Part shown: one piece after another, positions 9,446 to 19,919 of the stretch
Numbering within the stretch: position 1 is the stretch's first letter
How the letters are laid out: each line of letters opens with the position of its first letter
Origin: a virus
IMG/VR virus record: IMGVR_UViG_3300042444_000045
Coordinates: 32,001-96,000 of that record
DNA length: 64,000 nt
Strand: one strand, 5' to 3'
Translations under genes and position numbers: made by a program
The notes under the pieces: model-generated
What the model was told of the DNA's origin: nothing
What the model saw: only the letters and a program-made list of their open reading frames with translations
Database searches by the model: none

Positions 9446-12400
9446 ATCTCTTCTATAATCCAACCACCTTTTTTGTACTCTTTGATCTCAGCATCTGATA
9501 GTTCCATTATAATGCCACCATCAGAATAACCTTTCTTACCAAAATTAAAATTGCCAGTCTTTAATCTTTGAAGTTCATTGTATTGTCTTTCTGTTGCTAT
9601 ACCATTTTGTCTTTTTACACTAGCAATTAAATCTTTATAAAACTGTTTATTTGAATTAGATAAACGTCTACTATCATAAGTATTTAATAACTGAGTAAAG
9701 TAATCTGGATTTTTAATTTCATATTTAGACATATCCATACTACCTAAACTTGATTTAAAAGTCTTAGGAGATCCTGGTAATTCTTTAGATACCTCTTTAG
9801 GAATTTCATATCCAAACTTATCTTCTAATCTTTGCTTAACAGGTTTATCTAAATTATTCCAATCAAATTGACTTTTTGGATTATCTACATAATTAAGGTC
9901 TACAAGTTTATATGAATCAGTTGCCGGATCATACATCATATTATTTTGACCAAAATAATCTATACCAACTTTATTCTCATCTAAAAGTTCAACCATGTAT
10001 TGCAGTTCACGTTTAGCTTTATCTGAAGGTACACCAAAACCAAGAGGTTTATTTATTGGATTTTCTGCACTTAATGGATTACCTTTCCATGGCATAAATT
10101 GTACAGCTTCTGAATTTGACCTTATTACAGTATTACCTTTTACTTTAGGTATTTTTAATGTAAAAGCTTTTGTAGGAAATGCAACATTTTCCATAAGTGG
10201 CATTCCTTCTAAATCTTTACCAGTTTGAACTAAGTTAGCTAAGTCTTCTGAGCTTCCAGGAAAAGTTCCTATTTTAACTACCTCATCTGGATTTAAAGTA
10301 TTAACAAATATTCTACCTTGTCCTCCACCTAACTTTGTACCTTGTTCAGTTAATACCTGTTTTATAGGGAGTTTAGTTCTTCTAAGATTTCTTGCTTCTA
10401 TAGCTTTTTCTATTTCCAATCTTTTTAGTTGTTCTTCTTGTTGAAGAGGTATTCTAGTATTTCTATTTTCAAAACCAGGATACTTATCTAATAATGCATT
10501 TTCTCTTTTATATGAGCTTTTAATTTTAGCATCATCAACAAATTTATTTAATTTACCTACAGGGTCTTTCCAACTAGTTCTACCCATTGCAGAACTATAT
10601 AAACCAGGTGTTTCTAATATCTGTTCAGGTGTTTTAAACCATGCTTGTGGATTTGTTTTTGCAAGATCAACTCCTGCACTTCCAGCTTTATATGCACCCT
10701 TTGCTAAATTAATTCCAAGTTCTGGTATAGCCTCAAGTCCAGCATATGTCAATGGGTTAAGTGCAGTTACATCAGTATCTGTAACATTAGCCATTTTTTC
10801 TCCGCTATACCAACTAGGCATTTCTTTATAACTAGATCCAGTTGATAAGCCAGTATTTTTTAAATAGTTTGCAGGAATTGTTCCAGGTATTTCTAAAGCT
10901 GCAAATGATTCTAAACCTCCTATAGGAATAGAAAATGGCAGGTCAATATCTGTAAATGGAATCTTAGTCATTTTAGCATTTAAAATTTCTTGAGATTCTT
11001 TTTGAGTAAGTCCAGGCATATTACCTTTGTTCATTGCATCTCTTAGTTCAGGACTAAATTTTGATGCAAGCGTAGCTAATCCAGCAAGTGTTCTATCCCA
11101 ATAAGTAGGTTGCAATTTAGAACCATATTTAGATTCAGCAACAATCCCTCTCTGAGTATCATTAAGCTTATCTACATACTGAGTCCTTCTATTTGGATTC
11201 CATCCTTCTTGTCTACTTACTTTTTTTACTACAGCAGTATTTTTGTTATAGTCATATTCATTTTTAAAATTATCTACAAGATAATCTGGCCAGTTATAAC
11301 TAGAGATAGCATTTTTATTACCGTATCCTGTTTTGGTACCCCACTTATCTATAATAAGATTTTTATTATTTTTTAAGTACTGTTTTTTCTTTTTATTAAT
11401 AAATTCTTCTTCAGGGTGTCTTTTTTTATAATCTCTTGCAGCTTTACCCCAATTAGTAAGTTTACCTTGAACAACAACTTCTTGTTCATCTAGTATGTAA
11501 CCTGCAGTTTCATTTGGATCATATGTTCCCGGTTGAAACTGTGTTTTCTTACGCTTAGGTTCTCCACCTTCTTGTTTATAATCTATAAAGTTATTAGATA
11601 TTATATCTTGTAACTTTTTTCTGTACTCTCCTTCATTAAACAATTGATCAGCAGCTAATCCTCTTGCTCCCCATTTATAAGCAGCCTCTGCATATTGTTG
11701 AGCATTAGCATATTTTAAACCTTCTTCTAAATTATCCGGATCTAGTTTTCTATAGTTATTGCTTAAGAATTTTTTTCTATAAACATTTAAATCTTCAAGA
11801 GGAACATTTTTAATAGACCTACCTGTAACTTTATCAAATGGTGCTACACCATAATTATCTGTTCCAGCAACTCTTGATGACCAGGTGTAATTAGAATTAT
11901 CAGGCTTTAACTCAACTGCAAATAAACCTTTATAATTTTCATCAGGTTTTTTTCCCATTCCAAAAAATGGTGTATCCACTGTTAATCCTGATTTCATTCT
12001 CATTGGTGCAGGAGCTTGTGCCCCACCTTTGTTAATTAAATCTTGTAATCCAGCTTTATTGCCAATTTTTCTATATTTTAAATTTTTATTAGGAATACTT
12101 GTTAATTCATTTTTAGTAAAAGGAGTTAATGGTCTAGTTAAAAAGTTTCTATCAAAACCAGATTTTAAAATTTCATCTGATGAATTTGGAGATCCTGGTA
12201 ATTCTCTTGGAACTTCTGGATATCCTTTTAACCAATGTGGTTTGTTGCTTATATTTTCTTGTAATCTAAATTCATCTAGATACTTTAATGGTATTGATAA
12301 TTTATCAGGATCTGTCAAATCTTCTCCAAAATATCTAGGGCTATCAATTATAGCCTGAGGTTGAGTATCTGTTCTTTTTATAAAAAATCTAGAATCATTA

Positions 12401-14304
12401 TTAAGTTCATGCCATCTACTTGTATTTTGAGCTGCTATATATGGTAAATTATCTGGATCAGCTTTTAAATGAAAATAATCTACTTTATTTGATAAATTTT
12501 CTATTTTGTTATATTGATTAGGAATAAATGGATGTTTTATAAGTTCTCCTTCTTTTGGTAAATTTAAAAAAGGAATTTTATTTGCAAATGGATTTACTTT
12601 ATAAGCATTAGAAAGTAATCCTTCTTTTGTACCTATAAATCTTCCAAGTTCAGATGCTGTAGTTTTTGTTCCTTGATATAAAGGACTTAACATATTAGCT
12701 CCCCATAAATCTAATACACCTGTTGCCACATCTGCAGCGGCTTCACCATATTTACCTTCTTGTATTTTTCCTGGAGCAGGAAGTAATCTATTTACTATTG
12801 CATCTCCTGCAAAACCAGAAGCCAGGGCATTACCATAGGTAGCTCCTGCTATTCCACTCATACCAGGTAATGAAGTATTAAATGCAGTTTGAAGATACGG
12901 TAATGCTGCACTACCAACTGTTTCAGCAGCAGTCCATGCTCCAGGCGCAACTGTAGGCCCAAAAGCAGCAACTTGCCATAACCAATCCATCATATCTAAT
13001 GGTTGTTCATGCTGCATATTTTGAGTCATTTGATTTTCATAGGCAGCTATACTAGCGGCCTTTTGAGATTCTATTTTTTTTGCTAATTCTTGATCAGCAA
13101 GTACAACAGAATTTTTTAATCCTTGTAATTGTTTTTCTCTAGCAATTGCATTTTTCTGACTTGTACCTGCTGCATTTTCCCAAACAGTTTGATTAATTAC
13201 TGGTTTAGGTGCACCTTGAACTGGTCTTATTTCTTCAACTGGTTTTGGTTGTCCAGGAAAAAGAGCAACAGCATTCTTATTTAATTCAGCTGCTCTTTTA
13301 CCCTCAGGATCATTTATTGGTATAAAATTATTGCCTGTGCTCTTATTACTAATATACCATTGATTACCTATCTTTTTATATGAAGCATTTGGATTTCCAG
13401 CATATGTATAAATTTGCCCACCATCAGGATATTCATCAATAATAAAACCACCTTTTCTATACTCCTCTATTTCTTCTTCTGTAAGCTCTGCTTCTATATA
13501 GTCTTCTTCTGGATTTTCTTTTCTATAAGACTCATCTGGAGTTATCTGTTTATAATTTTCTGCAAAGTACATTGCATCTTCAGGATTGTCAAATCTTATA
13601 GCTTCTGCAGACTCTGGACCAAAATCACCAAGCATAAGTTGACCATTAACATCTTGTATTAATGGTACTGCATAGTTATCCATAGATGCCATAAAATGAG
13701 TTCCTATCATACCGTCACCAAAGTCATAAGGTTGGTCCGGTGCAACTACCATTCTCTGAGCAGCAGGATTATCATGCATTTGAGCATATGCCAATCTTGC
13801 TTTCATCATAGCATTATTAGCAGCATCTATTTCTTCTTGGGACATTACACCACCATCTTGGTACTGAGCATTAGGATCAAATACTTTTCTTTTCTTAGAC
13901 TTGGGTTTTGAAAATAGTGGGTTCTCAGTAAATAATCTATTAGTAGCTTCCAGACTCCTTGAAAATTTTTTAGATGCTAGACCTTTTTTACTTGGCTTTG
14001 GCATTTTAACCAAACTCTTAGGTGTACCACCCTTCTTAAGTTCAGGATACTCATCCACATAATCTGCACCTGGAAAAGTATACTCACCACCAGGATACAT
14101 CATCTGTGGTTCTCCCATATTAGGGTATGCCATAACAGGATATGGTACACCCTGCATTGTAATTTTGTCAGATGGAATTCTTGTTATCTCACCCGGGTGT
14201 GCCCATTGTCCTCTTGGATCTTCAATAATATTTTTAGGTGTAGCAAATCTCTTAGTCTTATTTAACTCTCTAGTAGCTTTGCTTAATACTTTTTTGTTAC
14301 CCAT
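9442..14304 (-). CDS. Modular putative ejected protein (1620 aa) with protein-kinase-like and possible ADP-ribosyltransferase-like cassettes
   Basis: Kinase-like motifs LGGGQGRIF..VVKIG...IDYFGQNNMMYD..KLVDL; a YRKIG..GLQDL..GG...PFF segment; repeated ELPGSP linker; directly follows the muzzle gene. Confidence 0.6.
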   Translation of the reverse strand: MGNKKVLSKATRELNKTKRFATPKNIIEDPRGQWAHPGEITRIPSDKITMQGVPYPVMAYPNMGEPQMMYPGGEYTFPGADYVDEYPELKKGGTPKSLVKMPKPSKKGLASKKFSRSLEATNRLFTENPLFSKPKSKKRKVFDPNAQYQDGGVMSQEEIDAANNAMMKARLAYAQMHDNPAAQRMVVAPDQPYDFGDGMIGTHFMASMDNYAVPLIQDVNGQLMLGDFGPESAEAIRFDNPEDAMYFAENYKQITPDESYRKENPEEDYIEAELTEEEIEEYRKGGFIIDEYPDGGQIYTYAGNPNASYKKIGNQWYISNKSTGNNFIPINDPEGKRAAELNKNAVALFPGQPKPVEEIRPVQGAPKPVINQTVWENAAGTSQKNAIAREKQLQGLKNSVVLADQELAKKIESQKAASIAAYENQMTQNMQHEQPLDMMDWLWQVAAFGPTVAPGAWTAAETVGSAALPYLQTAFNTSLPGMSGIAGATYGNALASGFAGDAIVNRLLPAPGKIQEGKYGEAAADVATGVLDLWGANMLSPLYQGTKTTASELGRFIGTKEGLLSNAYKVNPFANKIPFLNLPKEGELIKHPFIPNQYNKIENLSNKVDYFHLKADPDNLPYIAAQNTSRWHELNNDSRFFIKRTDTQPQAIIDSPRYFGEDLTDPDKLSIPLKYLDEFRLQENISNKPHWLKGYPEVPRELPGSPNSSDEILKSGFDRNFLTRPLTPFTKNELTSIPNKNLKYRKIGNKAGLQDLINKGGAQAPAPMRMKSGLTVDTPFFGMGKKPDENYKGLFAVELKPDNSNYTWSSRVAGTDNYGVAPFDKVTGRSIKNVPLEDLNVYRKKFLSNNYRKLDPDNLEEGLKYANAQQYAEAAYKWGARGLAADQLFNEGEYRKKLQDIISNNFIDYKQEGGEPKRKKTQFQPGTYDPNETAGYILDEQEVVVQGKLTNWGKAARDYKKRHPEEEFINKKKKQYLKNNKNLIIDKWGTKTGYGNKNAISSYNWPDYLVDNFKNEYDYNKNTAVVKKVSRQEGWNPNRRTQYVDKLNDTQRGIVAESKYGSKLQPTYWDRTLAGLATLASKFSPELRDAMNKGNMPGLTQKESQEILNAKMTKIPFTDIDLPFSIPIGGLESFAALEIPGTIPANYLKNTGLSTGSSYKEMPSWYSGEKMANVTDTDVTALNPLTYAGLEAIPELGINLAKGAYKAGSAGVDLAKTNPQAWFKTPEQILETPGLYSSAMGRTSWKDPVGKLNKFVDDAKIKSSYKRENALLDKYPGFENRNTRIPLQQEEQLKRLEIEKAIEARNLRRTKLPIKQVLTEQGTKLGGGQGRIFVNTLNPDEVVKIGTFPGSSEDLANLVQTGKDLEGMPLMENVAFPTKAFTLKIPKVKGNTVIRSNSEAVQFMPWKGNPLSAENPINKPLGFGVPSDKAKRELQYMVELLDENKVGIDYFGQNNMMYDPATDSYKLVDLNYVDNPKSQFDWNNLDKPVKQRLEDKFGYEIPKEVSKELPGSPKTFKSSLGSMDMSKYEIKNPDYFTQLLNTYDSRRLSNSNKQFYKDLIASVKRQNGIATERQYNELQRLKTGNFNFGKKGYSDGGIIMELSDAEIKEYKKGGWIIEEM

Positions 14305-17300
14305 TATCTGAGAGATATTTGATTTTTACTATTTACAATTTTTAAGATCATGTTAGTATCTGAACTGTCTTCTCTAATTAAAGTTAAGTAATTTAAGTAA
14401 TGTCTAAACTTCTTTCTTTGTAATTCAGATTTATTGTAATCCAAGTTTGTTGGATTAAGAGTTCTCTTATAACCATTGGATTCAGTAAACCAAATATTTC
14501 TATCTGCATAGTTACCTTGTAGTACAGTTGTATCTGGAATCACCGGTCCTGTTGGTGGATAGTCTGATCCTACTGGAAACTCTGATCTATCTTTTGTAAT
14601 ATCCCAGAACTGGTTAAATCTATACTTGTTCTCTTCTTTACTAAATAAGATATCAAAAGAAGATAAGTTAGATTGATTTACCTTAGGATAAGTCTCACTT
14701 AAGGTTACATTGTTCTTAGGAAAGATATTAAGATTTAAATATCCTGACACCTGTTCAGAATTATAGACTACAGCCTTATCAAAGTTATAATCTAAGACAT
14801 GGAACTGATCAATACAGTTTTGTGGTCTTCTTCTATAACATTCTAGTATATATTCAATAGACTTAACCGTAGTAACTGTTTGACCAGTGATGATTGGCAT
14901 TTCTATTTCAAAAGGATACTGATCACCATAGAAGTTACAGAAGCTTGTACAGCCTTCATTATGTTTCCAGATACCATTTTTCTTGGTAGTTAGGAATACA
15001 TCTTTCGTGCCCATATTTAAATCAGGATGCCAGTCATGGAATGAAATCCAGAATTCATTTTTAGGGTCATAACTTATTGTCCAAGATGCATCTTCAAATA
15101 ATAATGGGTTACCAAGTTGATATATACCAGGTTGTACAGTACCATTAGCATTTTTTATTTGGAAATAATCACCCTGACCTTTTTGAGGCCCTGAAGTAAT
15201 TAGAGGCACATATATAATTGTACCTGTAAAACTTGGAGACTTCCATTTTTCTAGTAGTTGGTAATCTCTTTTAGAAAAATATAAGATACTGTTTTCATTA
15301 TCATATATAGACTGACAACCAATACCAGATACAGGATTGTCCTGATATGGGTAATCTGGAAAATCATTGGTAAGCTTATATGGAAGGAAGTTATTAAACC
15401 ACCACTTAAGACCAATTTGAGAGATCTCTTTTAGATTGCCCCCAAGTGAGAATATCTTAGCTTGGTTTTGTGAGATATAATAAATACCAGCTGGAGTAGA
15501 AATTACAGATAGTCTATTCTGTGATGAACCATATTCAAAAGATTGATCTGCATTAATCACAGACTGTCCCGGTTGACTAAATAGACCGCCATCTCCAATA
15601 GTAATCTTAGTACCAAGATCTGTTTGTAGGGTATCTACACCCTGAAACATTAACGGACTATTGTTCTTAAATGTAATTACAATACCATTTTTATTAATTG
15701 ACTTAACACCTGAAATCTGAGACTGGAATTCTTTGTAATTATTTACTAAGAATACAAACCAGCTATCTTTAATTGCTTCCTGTTGTTGTGGAAGAGAATA
15801 GATAATTCTATCAGGAAAATAAGTATAACACAGTTTGGCTATGTTAGGATTGTAGTATCTGCTCTGTAAGTTACCTGCAGAAAAGTACTGACTAAATGCT
15901 TTTGTAATACTTAATGAGTAATCATATCTGTATTCATTACCTCTAGTAATAATCTGCGGATCCATATTAAACATACTAATAAGATCAGTATATCCATATG
16001 GGTCATAGTATTTTTCGGACTCTGTAATACCCTGTATTCTAAAGTCTACAAGCACCTCAGACTCAACAAAGAAATCTCTTACTGAAGAAACAGCCAAGTA
16101 GAAGTAACAATCCTTTGGTCTAAAAATACCAGGATAGTTTCCAGCTGTATTGTTTCTATAATTAAAACCATCAAAGTCCATTGAATAGAACTGAGTAGGT
16201 TTCCAACCAGTTCCCGGAGGGTTACCACCACCAAAATATTGAGTAAGGATATTTGAAAAATCAGATATATCATACTTAATAGAGTTAACCCAGAACTTAG
16301 GTTCTGGTATCATCTGTCTTAGTATATAGTTAAATTCAAAACCATCAGGTTGACCATATAACCAGTCATAGAAAAAGAACATTGAGTTCTTCTCAGTATA
16401 TCTGTTTACAAAAGTATCCCCACCAAAGAATATTGGGGTAAGTGTAATTTTATTTATAGTGTATTGAATACCTGTTGAACACGTGTATTGCTCTGGCCAT
16501 ATATGATTTACATAGTAACTATCATCTAGTTTCTGCTCACATGGTGTTATTGCTATCTGTTTTACAGATTCAAGTTGACCATACTGATTTCTCTTTCTAA
16601 CTTTAATAGCACCATAGTGACTTGCAATTGGAAGAGAGAAGGGTGTTGAAATACTTCTATCATCAAAAGATGGCCCAGAAATATTACCCCAGGCATTACC
16701 TTGACTAGAAGCATTATTTTCAAAATATGACATTGTCACAAGTGACTTATCATAGTACCCATTAGCACTATTTAAAATAAACTTAGGACCCAGATCTACA
16801 CCATTAGGATATGCCGGTTGGAAGTATGGACCACTCATAGTTCTTAATACAACTGAGTCAGATCTTTTAAGATTGTTAATTGAGTATCTTCTATTTACAA
16901 CAGCAGGCCATTGAGATTGATAATAGGGAACCTCTTGTATATTACCTCTAATATAAAAAGCATCATCTATCTTTAATCTAGTAACATAGGGCTGGGAAGC
17001 TCTTTGAATAAAACTAGGTGGTAAAAAACTATCATACAATCCGTGTGATATCATTTGGAGTGCATACTGATCAAATGGTATGAATGCATAGATTACTCCA
17101 AGTGTTGCATCTGCACCTTCTGAGAAGTAATAGAAAAATTTATTGAGAGCACCTAGAACATTACTTACAGCACTAAAAAAGGATACGTTACCAGCAGATT
17201 CCAAATATGTTGCCGCAGATAATTCTACATCAATATCTGGTGCAGTAAATGTACCTCCAACTTTAAAACCAGTTTTATAATTAAAGCCTTCAAAGATTTC

Positions 17301-19919
17301 TTCTAGAGTAGCTCCGGTTCCAAGACCAAATACATTAGTAATAATATTTCCACCACTAAAATAGTTTTTTAATCTTGTAAAAAATGGAGCAACTTGACCC
17401 GGTAGTGGCAAGGATGCTCCAGTAGGATTACCTACATCTAAGTTCTGAATTGAAGCTTGTGCAATTTGACCAGGAGCCTCATAAAAAGGATCTGCAGGAT
17501 TTGTTATACTAACTCCAGGTCCAGTACTTATTATATTTAAAACAGGTTGTGTAGTAAAACTAGCACCCGGTTGTCTCATTACTTTTTTACCTGTAAGTGA
17601 AACAAGTGCTTCTGCAAAACCTATTAGTAATGCTAGACCCATAGCAGCATCACTTATCAACTTAAACTTAGGATGCTCATCCGGATACTTAAATGATTGA
17701 AATGAATAGCCACTAAGTGCACCATATAGTTTTAGTTCAGTCCCTTCTAAGAAAGGAGTTCTAAACATTGTATCTGGAGAATGAAAAGTATTTATTTCAA
17801 TAGGTACAGTTTGACTATAGCCAGTATCTAGTTTGATATATGGATCATTAAACTGATAGTTTGCTTGAGATGAGTTCCCAGTATTCATTGGAGACTGAAT
17901 ACAGTTGAATGGATAGTTAGGATATAATCCAGTTCTATTTCTAGCAACATCTCCTTTGATCTTATAGGTTCTCATGTTATTGAGCATACCCTTTGCAATA
18001 ATTGATCTGTTACCTTCTCTTGAACCTCTTAAGATTTCATACCCTACAATACCTGGAATATCATTTCCATCATTATCTTTAGGCAATGCTATGTTCTCAA
18101 ATACTACACCCATCAATCTAATATTTAGATTGTTAGAGTCTCCTGGTACAGAAGCTGTACTTGGTCTATAGTGTAGAGTATTAGCATTTAAATGATTATC
18201 TGGAAACTTATGATGTCTAATATTAAGACCACATAGATCATTAATGTAAATAGTATTTCCTTGTGGATCAGTATAACTAGCATGTCCATCTGAACCAGTC
18301 CAGCAGTGATCAGTAGAATTCCATATCTCGGGTTGTCTATCTGGATATATCTCAGATGATTCCCAGTAACCCATTTCTCCAGAAGCAATTACAGTACCAC
18401 CATCATTTGTAGTTGTACCAAGAATAGATGCAACACCATTAGTATTAGCAGTATTATACATCTCAAATAGTTGATCACTATTTGTTAAAGTATTTACATC
18501 ATTGATACTATCTGTTCTTTCATTACCTGATATTGTAGTATTTGTTCCTGTAAGAATATAACTATAATCTTGAGGAGGTCTTCCTGGAATGTGATAAGAT
18601 GCCGATTTATCCCCGGTATTATAAACCCAACGAATAAAGAAAGCATATACCTCATCTCTTAAGTAACTTCCTTTATTACCACCTTTAGTATAATAGTCTG
18701 CAGGATATTCTACAGATACCCACTTAGCTCTAATTATGTTTGCTAATGGTTGGTAATTAAAATCAAATCTTGTTCTTGGACCAACTCTAAGTAAGTAACT
18801 ATTTACATCTGTAATCTGATCAGATGTTTCATAAATTGGATTAGTAACTGGAAGAAATTCTAGTGGGACAGTTATTAGGTCATCTTTTATTTGATCTAAC
18901 TCAATAACATTAGTCTTTGTAGAATATGTACCAATTTGTTTTGCAACAGTACCCTGGTTAATATTCTGTACAACTACTAAAACAAACTCATCAAAGTTTT
19001 CTTGATCTGCTTCTACATTAATTGTAATAGCTCCTTGTAGATCATCAGGAAAATATATTGGTTGAGTATTACTTGGAGAGTAATAGTCAGTTACTCTTTG
19101 ACCTTTAATAAGATAAGCTATAGTTGCAAAGTATGTTCCATTCCTGAGTGTTCCACCGGACTCACCCCTTTGAACAGAAAGACATGGTGTTTGTACAAGT
19201 CTTGCAAGTCTGATGCGATCACAATCTAGTTCATTAGTATCATCACAGGTTGTGCAGTTCACATTAGTAGAACAATCTTGTACCCATGCTACACCAGGCC
19301 ATAGTGTTAAATCACCTGTAGAGTTTACATACTGGTTTACTGCTGTATTATAAACAGCTGGAGTAGGGTTAGTAATAGTATTAAGCTGCCACTGATAGTC
19401 ATTAGATGGCCAAGTTTGTGGATCTCCTACATTTAAAAATCTATCTGGATTTAAACCATCAGCCCAATATACCTGCCATGAGCAATCTTCTTTTTCTCTA
19501 GATGACCCCGATATAAGAAATCTTTTATCAAAACCTAAACATTCATCTTGAACAATAGGTCTGTAAATACATCTCTCTTCTTCTAATAGACCAATCTCTG
19601 ACATAACAGGCTTGCCGTTTAGAGCATGACCTGCAGAATAGATAATCCACTTATCTGAGTAGAGATGAATTGCTCCTATTATATAAACATCTGTTACTCC
19701 ATTTGCACCAGTTGTAGGCATAGTAGCTCCAGCTGTAGCACATAATATATTAGATGCTTCATTTGATAGAGTACCTAGATTACCTTCTGATGTATTATTA
19801 GTTGCATTGCGGGCATGTATCCACATGCCTTCTGATACAAATGAAGGATCTGAATCTTTATTAAGACCTTTTACAAATGTGTGTGTAACACTCTGAGATG
19901 TATCTTGAAGTTTTGCCAT
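14304..19919 (-). CDS. Tail stabilization/muzzle protein (crAss-like; P22 gp10-like position)
   Basis: 1871 aa; N-terminal TFVKGLNKDSDP..WIHARN; YWADGLNPDRFLN; C-terminal WTISYD..WISFHDWHP. Follows two ring-protein genes, as in crAss-like tail modules. Confidence 0.75.
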   Translation of the reverse strand: MAKLQDTSQSVTHTFVKGLNKDSDPSFVSEGMWIHARNATNNTSEGNLGTLSNEASNILCATAGATMPTTGANGVTDVYIIGAIHLYSDKWIIYSAGHALNGKPVMSEIGLLEEERCIYRPIVQDECLGFDKRFLISGSSREKEDCSWQVYWADGLNPDRFLNVGDPQTWPSNDYQWQLNTITNPTPAVYNTAVNQYVNSTGDLTLWPGVAWVQDCSTNVNCTTCDDTNELDCDRIRLARLVQTPCLSVQRGESGGTLRNGTYFATIAYLIKGQRVTDYYSPSNTQPIYFPDDLQGAITINVEADQENFDEFVLVVVQNINQGTVAKQIGTYSTKTNVIELDQIKDDLITVPLEFLPVTNPIYETSDQITDVNSYLLRVGPRTRFDFNYQPLANIIRAKWVSVEYPADYYTKGGNKGSYLRDEVYAFFIRWVYNTGDKSASYHIPGRPPQDYSYILTGTNTTISGNERTDSINDVNTLTNSDQLFEMYNTANTNGVASILGTTTNDGGTVIASGEMGYWESSEIYPDRQPEIWNSTDHCWTGSDGHASYTDPQGNTIYINDLCGLNIRHHKFPDNHLNANTLHYRPSTASVPGDSNNLNIRLMGVVFENIALPKDNDGNDIPGIVGYEILRGSREGNRSIIAKGMLNNMRTYKIKGDVARNRTGLYPNYPFNCIQSPMNTGNSSQANYQFNDPYIKLDTGYSQTVPIEINTFHSPDTMFRTPFLEGTELKLYGALSGYSFQSFKYPDEHPKFKLISDAAMGLALLIGFAEALVSLTGKKVMRQPGASFTTQPVLNIISTGPGVSITNPADPFYEAPGQIAQASIQNLDVGNPTGASLPLPGQVAPFFTRLKNYFSGGNIITNVFGLGTGATLEEIFEGFNYKTGFKVGGTFTAPDIDVELSAATYLESAGNVSFFSAVSNVLGALNKFFYYFSEGADATLGVIYAFIPFDQYALQMISHGLYDSFLPPSFIQRASQPYVTRLKIDDAFYIRGNIQEVPYYQSQWPAVVNRRYSINNLKRSDSVVLRTMSGPYFQPAYPNGVDLGPKFILNSANGYYDKSLVTMSYFENNASSQGNAWGNISGPSFDDRSISTPFSLPIASHYGAIKVRKRNQYGQLESVKQIAITPCEQKLDDSYYVNHIWPEQYTCSTGIQYTINKITLTPIFFGGDTFVNRYTEKNSMFFFYDWLYGQPDGFEFNYILRQMIPEPKFWVNSIKYDISDFSNILTQYFGGGNPPGTGWKPTQFYSMDFDGFNYRNNTAGNYPGIFRPKDCYFYLAVSSVRDFFVESEVLVDFRIQGITESEKYYDPYGYTDLISMFNMDPQIITRGNEYRYDYSLSITKAFSQYFSAGNLQSRYYNPNIAKLCYTYFPDRIIYSLPQQQEAIKDSWFVFLVNNYKEFQSQISGVKSINKNGIVITFKNNSPLMFQGVDTLQTDLGTKITIGDGGLFSQPGQSVINADQSFEYGSSQNRLSVISTPAGIYYISQNQAKIFSLGGNLKEISQIGLKWWFNNFLPYKLTNDFPDYPYQDNPVSGIGCQSIYDNENSILYFSKRDYQLLEKWKSPSFTGTIIYVPLITSGPQKGQGDYFQIKNANGTVQPGIYQLGNPLLFEDASWTISYDPKNEFWISFHDWHPDLNMGTKDVFLTTKKNGIWKHNEGCTSFCNFYGDQYPFEIEMPIITGQTVTTVKSIEYILECYRRRPQNCIDQFHVLDYNFDKAVVYNSEQVSGYLNLNIFPKNNVTLSETYPKVNQSNLSSFDILFSKEENKYRFNQFWDITKDRSEFPVGSDYPPTGPVIPDTTVLQGNYADRNIWFTESNGYKRTLNPTNLDYNKSELQRKKFRHYLNYLTLIREDSSDTNMILKIVNSKNQISLR

